Shown: one piece after another, positions 44,803 to 55,658 of the stretch
How positions within the stretch are numbered: the first letter of the stretch is position 1
Layout: the number at the start of each line of letters is the position of its first letter
DNA from: an uncultured Acidimicrobiaceae bacterium
GTDB taxonomy: Bacteria; Actinomycetota; Acidimicrobiia; Acidimicrobiales; RAAP-2
Assembly (NCBI GenBank): GCA_963721585.1
Contig: CAVRJN010000009.1
Span: forward strand, 47,900 to 111,899
Length of the DNA stretch: 64,000 nucleotides
Direction of reading: 5' to 3'
The notes under the pieces: generated by a model
The model's database searches: none
Told to the model about the DNA's origin: nothing
The model's input: only the letters and a program-made list of their open reading frames with translations
Program-made: the position numbers and the translations under genes

Positions 44803-45876
44803 ATGGCGAGATCCGGTACAGCACGTTCAAAGTTGCGGCATCCGCGCGCCTGGAGCGTGCTGGCTGCCGCTGGGCTGGCCGGAGTGCTCGTGAGCGCCTG
44901 CTCGTCCTCGCCCCCCGAGAAGGCCGCGGTGAAGGCGAAGCCGACGACCACGACGACGACGGCACCGCAACCCACCTGTCCTCTGACCGGGGAACCGGCG
45001 CCCAACGGGACCGTCCCGCAGCAGCCCGCCATGGCGGTGAAGATCGACAACTATCCCGCCGGCCGTCCGCAATCCGGCCTCGACAAGGCCGACATCGTCT
45101 TCGAGGAGCCGGTCGAAGGCGGCATCACCCGCTTCGCCGCCGTGTTCCAGTGCCAGACCTCGGCGTTGATCGGTCCCGTCCGGTCGGCCCGCAACATCGA
45201 TATCGGCATTCTCGGGCAACTGGGCACTCCCCTGTTGGCGCACGTCGGTGGCATAAACCCCGTGCTCGCCAACATAGAGGCCTCGCCCATCGTGAACGTC
45301 GACATCGGTGCCAGCCAGTCGCTCATGATCCACCCGCCCGGCCACGTGGCGCCGGACTCGGACTACACGTCGAGTGCCATCGTCTACGGCACGCACCCGA
45401 GCATGACCACCCCGCCCCAGCCGTTGTTCACCTACTCGCCGAATACCCCCCCGGGGGGCACGGCGATCTCGAGCGTGAACATCGACTTCTCGGGAACCTC
45501 GAACGTGACGTGGAAGTGGAACAAGGCCACCGACACCTTCCTGCGTTACTACAACGCGACGACACCGGACATGTTGGCCGACAACGTGCAGAACGCCGCG
45601 GCCAACGTCGTCGTGCAGTACGTGCAGGTCAGCTACGGGCCCTGGGCCGAGAACGAGCAGGGGGGCCTGGAGGTCCAGGCCGACCTGTACCCCAACGCCA
45701 GCGGAGCGGCCGTCGTCTACCGCAACGGCTACGCCATCCCGGGTACGTGGCACCGTTCCACCCTCGGCTCACCCACCCAGTTCGTCAACGATTTCGGCGT
45801 GGCCATCCCGATGCAGCCGGGCCAGACCTGGGTCGAGCTGGTGCCCAACACCATCATGGCGACGACGACGCCGTAG
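44803..45876 (+). CDS. DUF3048 (YerB-like) lipoprotein
   Basis: Lipobox LVSAC. AMAVKIDNYPAGRPQSGLDKADIVFEEPVEGGITRFAAVFQ is the DUF3048 N-terminal signature. Confidence 0.75.
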   Translation: MARSGTARSKLRHPRAWSVLAAAGLAGVLVSACSSSPPEKAAVKAKPTTTTTTAPQPTCPLTGEPAPNGTVPQQPAMAVKIDNYPAGRPQSGLDKADIVFEEPVEGGITRFAAVFQCQTSALIGPVRSARNIDIGILGQLGTPLLAHVGGINPVLANIEASPIVNVDIGASQSLMIHPPGHVAPDSDYTSSAIVYGTHPSMTTPPQPLFTYSPNTPPGGTAISSVNIDFSGTSNVTWKWNKATDTFLRYYNATTPDMLADNVQNAAANVVVQYVQVSYGPWAENEQGGLEVQADLYPNASGAAVVYRNGYAIPGTWHRSTLGSPTQFVNDFGVAIPMQPGQTWVELVPNTIMATTTP

Positions 45877-45885
45877 GGCGTCCTC

Positions 45886-46802
45886 TCACGCCCAGGGCTT
45901 CCTCGCCACCACCGCCAGCAACAGGCAGTCCTGCGCGGCGGCGAACACGCCCGGAAAGGCGCTGGCCTCCGCCTCGTCGAACACTCCGGCGGCCGCGCCG
46001 CGCCGCATCAGGTTGAGTCCCTTGCACTCGATCACTTCGAAGCCGGCTGCTTCCAGCTTGCCCACGAGCTCTGCCGCGCCGTACTCGATCTGGTGGTCAT
46101 GGTTCATCAACTCGTCCGAGCGCAGCCGCCACAGCGGGCCGTTCGGCGTGTCGAGGCAGAACCAGCCGCCGGGGGCCAGGACCCGGAAGGCCTCCTGCGC
46201 AACCGCGTCCCCTTCCTCTTCGCTGACGTGCTCAATCGACTGGCCGCTGTAGACGAGGTCGAACGACCCGTCGTCGTAGCGCCCGAGGTCGACCATGGAG
46301 TGGAAGGCGAACTCCACCGGTCCGAGTTCGGAGAGCACCGGCTCGCCCGTCGAGCCCCCTGGTAGAGGGCGTCACGCTCGTCGACCGGGAGATCGACCAC
46401 CACGAGGCGTTCGAACGGATACGGATAGCCCAGATGCACCAGCGCACCGTCGGGCAGGCCCTGGTGCGTCCCGCCGAGGTCCAGGATGCGCGCCGCCGGC
46501 GGCAGTCCCGCCACGAACTCGCTGCGGCTGACGTGCATGGAGAGCAGCACGTTGCCGATGGGCACACGGCGGCGGAACTCCTCGGAGTGGGCCAGCGCCT
46601 CGGCGACGCCGTGGCGGGACAGCTCACCGTTCATGAGCTTCTGGACGTAGTCGGCCTCACCCCCGGGGTCAGGCTCGCGGTCGAGGACGACGTTGAAGGC
46701 GAGCCGGACCGACTGCTTGGGCGGCAGGTAGCGGAACGGGACGGTGGGGACGAAGCGATCGAGGATCCGATAGGTCCGTTGTTTCCATTCGCGGGCCGGC
46801 AT
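45886..46802 (-). pseudogene. SAM-dependent methyltransferase with DUF4214-like N-terminus, frameshifted at a C5/G5 run
   Basis: ORF 46107..46802 (...DYVQKLMNGELSRHGVAEALAHSEEF...ILDLGGT...DALYQG) and ORF 45886..46338 (...PVLSELGPVEFAFHSMVDL...FDLVYSGQSIEHV...LAPGGWF) join at ccccc 46355-46359. Total length 917 nt is not a multiple of 3. Confidence 0.6.
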
Positions 46803-46901
46803 CGCACCATTGTGGTCCGGACGCGAAGCGCTCCGGGCCGGTGCCCCTGGGGAGGAGGGGGCGGGCCCGGAGCCTTCGACGCCGTGAGAGGCGGGGTACG
46901 G

Positions 46902-47960
<1,059 letters not shown>

Positions 47961-48128
47961 CCCTCTCTCCTCTGTGAGTGTGCTGCTGCGACGTGTGGTG
48001 CGACTGTGTGCTCGTCTGGTGTGACTGCGTGTGTGCGACGACCTACCGTCGGCGCCCCCATCAGCGCCGTTGTGCCGACCCTACGGTGGGGGTGTGACGC
48101 CCCGCCGACCCGACTGTTTCGAGCATAA

Positions 48129-48142
48129 CGAACACGTGTTCG
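48129..48142. promoter_or_regulatory. putative LexA (SOS) box CGAAC-ACGT-GTTCG
   Basis: Perfect GAAC-N4-GTTC palindrome, the actinobacterial/Gram-positive SOS consensus. Lies about 170 nt upstream of the recA start, in the recA/48303 divergent region. Confidence 0.6.
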
Positions 48143-48302
48143 TAAGACGGGGATCCTTGACCCGGCCGGACGGGACGGCCGGAGAACGGTCGGGCGCCCG
48201 TCGCCCGGACGCCTTTCGATCTGCCGATTGGCGACCAGAAGGGGTGCCGCGTCCATGCGAAGCTGACGGCTCCCCGGGCCGGAGTGGGAGAGGAGGGGGC
48301 GC

Positions 48303-49076
48303 GTGGAAGCAAGAAGGCTGGTGGTCGGCGTGCTTTCGGCCACTGCTCTGGCCACTGCTCTGGCCACTGCTCTGGTCGCTGCTCTGGTCGCTGCCCCGGT
48401 CCTGGTCGTGAATCTCCAGGCCGCTCCAGCCGCCGCCGCGGCCAGCGCAAACGCAAACGCCTCGAGCCTCTACCAGGACGCCCTCGCCACCACCCGTTCC
48501 TGGTCGGTCCACTACGCCTCGGCTTCGACCGAATCCAAGGAGACCCTGGAGGAAAGTGGAAACGCCGGACCGGCTTCGGCCAGCCAGACCGTCCTCTTGG
48601 GGAAGGGCTCCATCTCCATTCTGGTGATCGGCGACATCTCCTATCTCAAGGGGAACGTCAACGGTCTCGAGGACCTGGCCGGGCTCAGCCCCTCCCAAGC
48701 GGCCGAGGCCGCGGGACAGTGGATCGAGTTCTCGACCGACAACACGGCCTTCGCCCCGGTTGTCGAGGGGGTCCGCTCCACCGACCTGGCCAAGGAACTG
48801 GCGCTGAAAGCCCCGCTCTCCCTCGGCCGCGCCAGCAGGCTCAACGGCGAGGCGGTCGACGCCATCGACGGCACCCAGGCGATCGGCAAGAAGTCCGAGC
48901 ATGTCGTCCTCTACGTCCGGGCCGATGGAACCCACGTTCCCGTGGAAGAGGACTCGGTGAACACAAAGGGCCAGCACACCGCCGCCGAGCACATCGTCTA
49001 TTCCAGATGGGGGGAGCAAGTGCGGCCCGAAGCGCCGAAGGCCACGATTTCCATCGGCTCGATAAACGCTGTCTAA
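48303..49076 (+). CDS. secreted/anchored hypothetical protein (paralogue A)
   Basis: Hydrophobic N-terminus VVGVLSATALATALATALVAALVAAPVLV. The mature part is alignable to the next gene (GNVNGLEDLAGLSPSQAAEAAGQWIEF vs GNEAALQDVIGLTKAESAKYAGKWLSF; YSRWGE vs FSNWGE). Confidence 0.6.
   Translation: MEARRLVVGVLSATALATALATALVAALVAAPVLVVNLQAAPAAAAASANANASSLYQDALATTRSWSVHYASASTESKETLEESGNAGPASASQTVLLGKGSISILVIGDISYLKGNVNGLEDLAGLSPSQAAEAAGQWIEFSTDNTAFAPVVEGVRSTDLAKELALKAPLSLGRASRLNGEAVDAIDGTQAIGKKSEHVVLYVRADGTHVPVEEDSVNTKGQHTAAEHIVYSRWGEQVRPEAPKATISIGSINAV
48338..48397 (+). repeat. 12-nt in-frame tandem repeat (ggccactgctct x3, ggtcgctgctct, ggtcgctgcccc)
   Basis: Read directly. Encodes the ALAT/ALVA repeats of the signal/anchor helix. 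Confidence 0.9.
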
Positions 49077-49193
49077 GAAAGAGGCCCAGCGAACGAGACC
49101 CGTGTCGGGGACGTGGGAAGATATCGGCAGTCATCCCTGGCCAAGTCGGCGCTCGCCGCGCCACCGTGCCGGGCCTCCAGGAGAGTGAAGGTC

Positions 49194-50000
49194 ATGCATC
49201 CCTTGCGCCACAGCCCCGCCCGCACCGCCGCGGTCGCCGCCGGACTCGCCGCGGCGGCCGCTCTCGCACTCGCCGCCGCACCGGACGCGGCCGGTGCCGC
49301 CAGCACGACCACCACCACCAGCGCCGGCAGCGCCGCGGCCACGGCCCAGTACAACGCGGCCCTGAAGGCCGTCGGCACCAAGGGAGTGCACTTCGCCTCT
49401 CTTGCCAAGCAGAGTGGCGCCACCCTCTCTGTGACCGGCGACGCCGGCAGCAGCTCGGGCGCGCAGACGCTGGTGGTGAAGAACAAGGGTGTCACGGAAC
49501 GCATGAGCACCAAGGTGGTCGGGTCGACTGGATACGTGAACGGCAACGAGGCCGCGCTCCAAGACGTGATCGGTCTCACCAAGGCCGAGTCGGCGAAGTA
49601 CGCGGGCAAGTGGCTGTCCTTCCCGACGTCCAACGCCCAACTCGGCGAGCTGGTGGGTGGGCTGCTTTCGTCGCAGGTGGCCAAGGAGCTCGAGGTCGGT
49701 GGGCCGTACACCTTCGGCAAGTCCACCACTGTGGGCGGCCAGAAGGCGACGGCCATCCTCGGGTCGGTCGCCACCGAGAGCGGGGGCAAGGTACCCGTCA
49801 TGGTGTACGTCGCGGCCAGCGGTAGCCCGCTCCCCATCCAAGAGGTGACCAACGCCGGCAACACCGGCGGGGCGTCCGCCATCCGGGGCGTCGTGACGTT
49901 CTCGAACTGGGGCGAGGACAAGAGCCAGTCGGCGCCGACCGGCGCCTTCTCGCTGCTCAAGTTGGTCCCCGCCTCGTCGTCGTCCAGCACCGCCGGGTAG
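49194..50000 (+). CDS. secreted hypothetical protein (paralogue B)
   Basis: ATG 49194 preceded by AGGAGAG. Signal peptide AAVAAGLAAAAALALAAAPDAAGA. Similar to 48303..49076 along the mature region. Confidence 0.6.
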   Translation: MHPLRHSPARTAAVAAGLAAAAALALAAAPDAAGAASTTTTTSAGSAAATAQYNAALKAVGTKGVHFASLAKQSGATLSVTGDAGSSSGAQTLVVKNKGVTERMSTKVVGSTGYVNGNEAALQDVIGLTKAESAKYAGKWLSFPTSNAQLGELVGGLLSSQVAKELEVGGPYTFGKSTTVGGQKATAILGSVATESGGKVPVMVYVAASGSPLPIQEVTNAGNTGGASAIRGVVTFSNWGEDKSQSAPTGAFSLLKLVPASSSSSTAG

Positions 50001-50006
50001 CCGTCC

Positions 50007-50507
50007 TTGCCGCCGCTGCTCGAGGCGGTGCAGGGCGACATCACGGCCGAACGGGTCGACGCCGTGGTCAACGCCGCGAACCGCCGGCTCCTGGGCGGCG
50101 GTGGCGTCGACGGCGCCATCCATCGGGCCGCCGGGGCCGGGCGCCTGCGGGCGGCCTGCCGGGCCATCGGTGAGTGCCCGCCGGGTCAGGCCGTGGTCAC
50201 CGACGGGTTCGACCTGCCGGCACGCTTCATCATCCATACCGTGGGACCGGTCTGGCGCGGCGGTACGGCAGGTGAGCCCTCGACGCTCGCCGCCTGCTAT
50301 CGCAACGCGCTGGCACTCGCCGACGAGGTGGGCGCCAGCTCGATCGCCTTCCCCGCCATCTCGACGGGTGTCTACGGCTACCCCTCGGGGCGGGCCGCCG
50401 ATGTCGCCGTGACCACGGCCCGCGCGGCGGACACCGACGTGACGCTCATACGCTTTGTCGCCTTCGACGGCGTCACACTGGCGCGTTACCTCGAGTTGCT
50501 CGGCTGA
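50007..50507 (+). CDS. macro-domain protein (O-acetyl-ADP-ribose deacetylase, YmdB-like)
   Basis: [36 protein letters not shown] and [15 protein letters not shown]. Confidence 0.85.
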   Translation: MPPLLEAVQGDITAERVDAVVNAANRRLLGGGGVDGAIHRAAGAGRLRAACRAIGECPPGQAVVTDGFDLPARFIIHTVGPVWRGGTAGEPSTLAACYRNALALADEVGASSIAFPAISTGVYGYPSGRAADVAVTTARAADTDVTLIRFVAFDGVTLARYLELLG

Positions 50508-50526
50508 AAGCGGTGTTGCTCCCCGG

Positions 50527-52794
50527 TCAGGACGACGCGCCCGTGGTCAGGTTGTAAACGGTCACACCGCCCACGGTCTCGGCGGTGAAGTGCGACTCCA
50601 CCCAGGACGTGATCTGCGACGCGTCATCGGCGGTTCCCGCTCCAGCGCCACCGAAGCCCCCGCCGAAGCCGCCGCCGAAGCCGCCTGCACCGGCGATGAA
50701 ATAGTGGATCTTTCCTTCCGAGACATATTTCTCGAACTGAGCCAGCGTGGGCGCAGGGTCGGTGCCGTTGAACCCGCCGATGGCCATCACCGGCTCACGA
50801 CTGGCGAGCTGATAGCCGGCCGCGTTGTTCGAGTTCACCGTGGCCGCCGCCCAGGTGTACTGGCCGGCGTCGGCCTGCAGCGCCTTGTTCAACGCCGCAT
50901 TCGACTGACTGGAGTTCAAGAACCCGCCACCGCCGCCGCCGGCGCGGGCTCCGCCGGCCCCCGCCGCTCGGCGGAACCCTCCCGTGCCGCCGAAGGAGGG
51001 CGCTCCGCCCGGGAGCGCGCCGGGGAACGCGCCCGCACCGGCGCCCGCACCGGTCGGGAGGCCCCCAGCTCCTGGGAAGCCGCCGCCACCCGGGAAGCCA
51101 CCGCCACCCGGGAAGCCACCGGCACCCGTGCCGCCGCGGAATCCGCCTCCGAAGGCCCGGCGGAATGCGCCACCGCCGGGGCCCCCGGCGAAGCCGCCGG
51201 GACCTCCTGCTCCGCCCGCGGGGGTCGGTGTCGCAGACGGGATGGCCCCGTTGTGCGGGGTCGCGGCGGTGGCCACCGTCGAGAAGAGTGGCGCGGCCAG
51301 TGCGGCGCCGAAGCCCAGCGTGGCAACCAACACCACGGCCACCTTCGGAATGTTGCGCAGCAGCGGGAGGGCGAGGATCGCCACCACGCCGAGCGCGCCG
51401 ACTACCACCACGAAGGGCCGGAGGGCGGGGAACCAATCGGAGGTGCGGCCGAGGAGGATGAAGCTCCACACGACCGTCGCGGCGAGCGCCGCTGCCAGGC
51501 CGATGCGCCCGACCCAGCTCGCCCGCCGTTGCCAGAGTCCCATGGTGGCGATACCGACGAGCGCGCCGAGCGGCGGAGCGAGCGCCACCGTGTAGTAGGG
51601 GTGGATGATGCCTTGGCCCAGGCTGATGACCAGGCCGATACTCACCAGGGAGCCGCCCCACAACAGGAGTGCGGCGCGTTCACGGTCGGTGCGACGGGCC
51701 CGCAGCGTGACGACGAGCAGCACGGCGCCCATCACCAGCGCTCCGGGGAGCAGCCACGACATCATGTTCCCGAACTCGGCGTTGAACAGACGGGTGATGC
51801 CGGTCGGCCCCCACATGCTTCCTGCGACCCGTCCGCCTCCCACGCTGCCCGATTCACTCCCGTCGAGCCGGCCAAAGCCGTTGTAACCGAAGATCAGGTT
51901 GAGGATGCTGTTGTTCTGTGACCCCCCGACGTAGGGCCGGTCCGCAGCGGGCGTCAGGGCGACGATGGCCACCCACCACCCCGCGGCGACCAGCAGGGAG
52001 ACGCCCATCAGAATGGTCTGCCAGACCCGGCGCCACCAACCCGTCGGAGCGGCGAGCAGGTAGACCACGGCCAAGACCGGGAGGATCAGGAAGGCCTGCA
52101 TCATCTTCGTGATGAAGCCGAACCCGATCAGCGCGCCGGCGAGGACCATCCATTTGGTCTGCGCCCGCTCGAGGCCGCGCATGGTGGCGTAGGTCGCGGC
52201 GGTGAGGAGCAGCGCCAGCAGTGCGTCCGGGTTGTTGTAACGGAACATGATGGCGGCAACGGGCGTGAGCGCCACCACGGCGCCGCCGAGGAGGGCGGCC
52301 TGTGCGCTGAACCAGCGCCGCACCGAGAGGTAGACCAGTCCAACGGTGGCCACGCCCTCGAGCGCCTGGGGCACCAGCATGCTCCACGAGTTGAGGCCGA
52401 AGATTCGCGCCGAGATCTCCATGGGCCAGAGGAACGCCGGAGGCTTGTCGACGGTGATGAAATTGGACGAGTCCGAAGACCCGAAGAACATGGCCTTCCA
52501 GCTCTTCGTGCCGGCCTGGACGGCGGCCGAGTAGAAGGAATTGGCCCACCCGCTGGCGCCGAGACCCCAGATGTAGAGGACGGCGGTGCCCACGAGGAGT
52601 GCGAGCAGGGCGGGACGGACCCAAGCCGGGTCGCTCTCCTTGCCCCGTACGAAGCGGATCGGCCAGCCGCGGCGGCGAGCCGGCGGCCAGGCGGTCGGGG
52701 TTCCATCCCCGGTCTCGGCGGAGGGCGCGGCCACCGGCAACGGGTGGTCGAGCACCCCCACGGATGCGTCGGGGGCCCGGGTCAGGTCGGTCAT
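50527..52794 (-). CDS. glycosyltransferase family 39 (PMT/ArnT-like) membrane protein with Gly-rich linker and C-terminal domain
   Basis: ATG 52794 overlaps the upstream stop (ATGA). LLVGTAVLYIWGLGASGWANSFYSAAVQAGTKSWKAMFFGSSDSSNFITVDKPPAFLW is the GT39-type first loop. About 12 TM segments. Long GGFPGGGG low-complexity tract. Confidence 0.8.
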   Translation of the reverse strand: MTDLTRAPDASVGVLDHPLPVAAPSAETGDGTPTAWPPARRRGWPIRFVRGKESDPAWVRPALLALLVGTAVLYIWGLGASGWANSFYSAAVQAGTKSWKAMFFGSSDSSNFITVDKPPAFLWPMEISARIFGLNSWSMLVPQALEGVATVGLVYLSVRRWFSAQAALLGGAVVALTPVAAIMFRYNNPDALLALLLTAATYATMRGLERAQTKWMVLAGALIGFGFITKMMQAFLILPVLAVVYLLAAPTGWWRRVWQTILMGVSLLVAAGWWVAIVALTPAADRPYVGGSQNNSILNLIFGYNGFGRLDGSESGSVGGGRVAGSMWGPTGITRLFNAEFGNMMSWLLPGALVMGAVLLVVTLRARRTDRERAALLLWGGSLVSIGLVISLGQGIIHPYYTVALAPPLGALVGIATMGLWQRRASWVGRIGLAAALAATVVWSFILLGRTSDWFPALRPFVVVVGALGVVAILALPLLRNIPKVAVVLVATLGFGAALAAPLFSTVATAATPHNGAIPSATPTPAGGAGGPGGFAGGPGGGAFRRAFGGGFRGGTGAGGFPGGGGFPGGGGFPGAGGLPTGAGAGAGAFPGALPGGAPSFGGTGGFRRAAGAGGARAGGGGGGFLNSSQSNAALNKALQADAGQYTWAAATVNSNNAAGYQLASREPVMAIGGFNGTDPAPTLAQFEKYVSEGKIHYFIAGAGGFGGGFGGGFGGAGAGTADDASQITSWVESHFTAETVGGVTVYNLTTGASS
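51072..51125 (-). repeat. 18-nt in-frame tandem repeat x3 inside the GT39 Gly-rich linker
   Basis: ctgggaagccgccgccac / ccgggaagccaccgccac / ccgggaagccaccggcac, encoding GGFPGG units. Confidence 0.9.
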
Positions 52795-54026
52795 CGGGAC
52801 AGCTCCATCGGGCCGCCTGCGGTTCGGACGCTGGGTCGGAAGATCCAGGCCCGCAGCACGGCGAAGCGGAACACGGCCGCGACCCCGTTGGCCACCGTGA
52901 GGGCGACGACCTCGGCGAGGAGCGCGGACGGGGCGAGCCATTGGGCCACCGCCAGTCCCAGCGTCGTCAGTCCGAAGCTCACCAGGTACAGCCCACCGGC
53001 GACTGCGTAGAGACGGCCGCGGCGGGCCTGACCATCCGTGCTGCGTGAGAGCTCGCGGTGCACCGCCGTGTTGAAGAGGGTGGCGATGGCCATCGCCACG
53101 GCATTGGCGGCAAAGACCCCGAGGAGCGGCCGCCAGGCCACGAACAGGAAGAGGTAGCCGAGCGTGGAGACGACGCCCACCCCGGCGAAACGCAGCAGCT
53201 GGTCGGCAGCGACCTCGTTCGAGCGAACCCGGCGCAGACCCTTGGGCCGCCGGACCAACATCCGCCAGACGCCGCGCAGGTCGTCGGCGGCAGTCGAGAC
53301 GATCTGCACCCGCGAATCGGGGTCGTCGACCCAGTCCACCGGGACCTCGCCGATGCGCAGGCCCAAGCGCTCGGCCGTGACCAGGAGCTCGGTGTCGAAG
53401 AACCATTCGTTGTCCTCGACGAGCGGCAGCAACTTCATCGCCGCGTCCCGGCGCAGCGCCTTGAAGCCACACTGCGCATCGCTGAAGCGGCCGTGGAGGG
53501 TGAGCCGGAGCAACAGGTTGTACGCCCGCGAAATGAGCTCGCGCTTGGGGCCGCGCACGACGTGCGCGCCGGGAGCGAGCCGGGAGCCAATGGTCACATC
53601 ACGATGACCTGACAGCAGCGGGGCCACCAGCGGGAGGAGAGCAGAGAGCGAGGTCGAGAGGTCGACGTCCATGTAGGCGACGACCGGCGCCTCGCTCGTC
53701 GACCAGGCCGCACGGAGCGCGAACCCACGACCCTTGCGCGTCAGGTGCATGGCCGCGACGCCCCGCATCGTGGCGGCCAGCTCGTGCGCCACCTTGTCGG
53801 TGTCGTCCGTGCTGGCGTTGTCGACCACGGTGATCAGCGTTCGAAAGGGGAACGAGTCGTCCAGGAATCTGCGCAGGGCGATGATGCGCTCCGCCAGTTG
53901 CGCCGCCTCGTTGTAGACCGGAACCACGATCTCGACGTCCAGCGGGACGCGGCGGGGATCGACGTCGGCCTCGAATGGAGCCAGGGCTGTCATGCCACGC
54001 ATGGTGCCGGTGCCGTCTCCGGACAC
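52791..54026 (-). CDS. bifunctional GT2 glycosyltransferase (polyprenol-phosphate sugar synthase-like) fused to GtrA-like 4-TM domain
   Basis: EIVVPVYNEAAQL, VVDNASTDDT and AYMDVDLS form the GT2 DxD region. C-terminal LLRFAGVGVVSTLGYLFLFV...NTAVHR is GtrA-like. Confidence 0.8.
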   Translation of the reverse strand: MSGDGTGTMRGMTALAPFEADVDPRRVPLDVEIVVPVYNEAAQLAERIIALRRFLDDSFPFRTLITVVDNASTDDTDKVAHELAATMRGVAAMHLTRKGRGFALRAAWSTSEAPVVAYMDVDLSTSLSALLPLVAPLLSGHRDVTIGSRLAPGAHVVRGPKRELISRAYNLLLRLTLHGRFSDAQCGFKALRRDAAMKLLPLVEDNEWFFDTELLVTAERLGLRIGEVPVDWVDDPDSRVQIVSTAADDLRGVWRMLVRRPKGLRRVRSNEVAADQLLRFAGVGVVSTLGYLFLFVAWRPLLGVFAANAVAMAIATLFNTAVHRELSRSTDGQARRGRLYAVAGGLYLVSFGLTTLGLAVAQWLAPSALLAEVVALTVANGVAAVFRFAVLRAWIFRPSVRTAGGPMELSR

Positions 54027-54098
54027 AGTGAAGCTTGGCTGTGAATCCGGTGTGAATCTCGGGCGCTCGATAGGGAGAGCCAGGCACGGACGGGTCAG

Positions 54099-55658
54099 TC
54101 AGAGAACCTCGACCACGGCGGCGGCAGGGTCCTCGGACTGCTGCACGGTGCTGACCGGGATCAGGACGGTGACCACCATCCCCTCTCCGGGGGTCGAGAC
54201 TGCAGAGACGGTCCCGCCGTGGGCCATCACGATGGCGGCGACGATCGACAGTCCCAGCCCGCTGCCTCCCCCGGTGCGGGCCCGGGCCGGGTCGGCGCGG
54301 TAGAAGCGCTCGAAGACGCGTTGCGCGTCCGAGTCGAGCATGCCCGGGCCCTTGTCACGCACCTCGATCCGTGCCTGGTCCCCGATCTGATCGACGTGGA
54401 CCGTGGCGGTCGTCCCCTCCGGCGTGTGCGCCCGGATGTTGGCCAACAGGTTGTCGAGGACCTGGCGCAGGCGGTCCCGGTCTCCGTTCACCTCGACCGG
54501 GCGTGTCGCCGAGAATTGCACGGGCCACGCGGGACCCACGGCCGCCGCGGTTCGGACGGCGTCGGAGACCAGCGAGACCAGTTCCACCGGTGCCATCTTC
54601 ATCGGCACGCCCTCGTCCAACCGGGCCAACGTGAGGAGATCGGTGACCAGCCGGTCCATGCGGGCCGTTTCGGTGCGGATTCCCGAGACGATGCGCGGGA
54701 GGTCCTCCGAGTGCTGGGACCCGCCCCGCTCGAAGAGCTCGGCGTACGCCGACACGGCGGCAATGGGCGTGCGCAGCTCGTGTGAGGCGTCGGCGACGAA
54801 TTGACGCAGGTGTTGCTCGTTCTCCCGCAGGCGCGATTCCGAAGCGACGCGGGCCGAGAACGCCGCCTGAATTCGCTCGAGCATCACGTTGAGGGCGCGG
54901 GCCAATCGCCCCACCTCGGTGGCCTGGTCGGCGCCGGGAACACGCTGGTCGAGGTCGCCAGCCGCGATGGAGTCAGCCGTGCGCTCCACGTCTTCGAGCG
55001 GGCGCAACCCGAGTCGGACCAACCACCATCCACCGGCCAGGGCGAGGACCAACGCGCCCGCCGTGACGGCCAGCTCGGTGAGGAAGAGCGTGTGCAATGT
55101 GCTGGTCTGGTCCACGAGCGGCTGCGCATCCACCAACACGGCGCCGTTCTGCGCCTTGACCGCTCGCACACGGAAGGCAGGGCCGCCGGAAGTGGTGGAA
55201 CCAGCGGTGAAATAGGCCACATCGGTCCCGTCGGGCTGTGTGGTGAAGCCCGTGATCGGGTCCGGAAGCTGCGGACGGTAGGCGGTCTTCCCGACGTAGG
55301 CGGGACACGCGAGGCCGTCGAGGACTCCGCCGCTCAGCTTGACCACGGCGCTGTAGTAGATACCGAGGACGTTCGGGCCGCCTTCACCGCCGCCCGGGAA
55401 TCCACCTTCGCCGCCGGGACCAGCCCCGTTGTCGATGGAATTGAAACCGCCGAGTCCGCTGCCGCTCTGTGGCGTGTTGCACACCACGTTGCCGGTAGCC
55501 ACACTGATGGCCGGGCCGGGGCGGTGCTGGGCCAGTTGCTGGTCGACCTGGTTGTACAGGGAAGTACGCAGTGCCGAGTAGGTGGCGAAGTCCGCCACGA
55601 CCAGCGCGACGACGGCGATCGCTCCGACCGCGAGGAGGAGTCGGAGCCGGAGTGACAC
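54099..55658 (-). CDS. sensor histidine kinase (2 TM, HAMP, HisKA, HATPase_c)
   Basis: H-box [17 protein letters not shown]-box [14 protein letters not shown]-boxes VRDKGPGM and GSGLGLSIV. Confidence 0.9.
   Translation of the reverse strand: MSLRLRLLLAVGAIAVVALVVADFATYSALRTSLYNQVDQQLAQHRPGPAISVATGNVVCNTPQSGSGLGGFNSIDNGAGPGGEGGFPGGGEGGPNVLGIYYSAVVKLSGGVLDGLACPAYVGKTAYRPQLPDPITGFTTQPDGTDVAYFTAGSTTSGGPAFRVRAVKAQNGAVLVDAQPLVDQTSTLHTLFLTELAVTAGALVLALAGGWWLVRLGLRPLEDVERTADSIAAGDLDQRVPGADQATEVGRLARALNVMLERIQAAFSARVASESRLRENEQHLRQFVADASHELRTPIAAVSAYAELFERGGSQHSEDLPRIVSGIRTETARMDRLVTDLLTLARLDEGVPMKMAPVELVSLVSDAVRTAAAVGPAWPVQFSATRPVEVNGDRDRLRQVLDNLLANIRAHTPEGTTATVHVDQIGDQARIEVRDKGPGMLDSDAQRVFERFYRADPARARTGGGSGLGLSIVAAIVMAHGGTVSAVSTPGEGMVVTVLIPVSTVQQSEDPAAAVVEVL

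Noticed and set aside
45876-45893. Small hairpin gggcgt-cctctc-acgccc between convergent genes as a bidirectional terminator
   Set aside because: The stem is only 6 bp, overlaps both stop codons and has no U-tract. Too weak to call.
48284-50237. 513-aa plus-strand ORF and 364/368-aa minus-strand ORFs over the paralogue pair
   Set aside because: These are alternative-frame or antisense shadows. Only the frames with signal peptides, RBS-like sequences and mutual similarity were kept.
50455-51921. 488-aa plus-strand ORF
   Set aside because: It is antisense to the GT39 gene. It runs through the Gly-rich repeat region as Pro/Ala/Arg low complexity.
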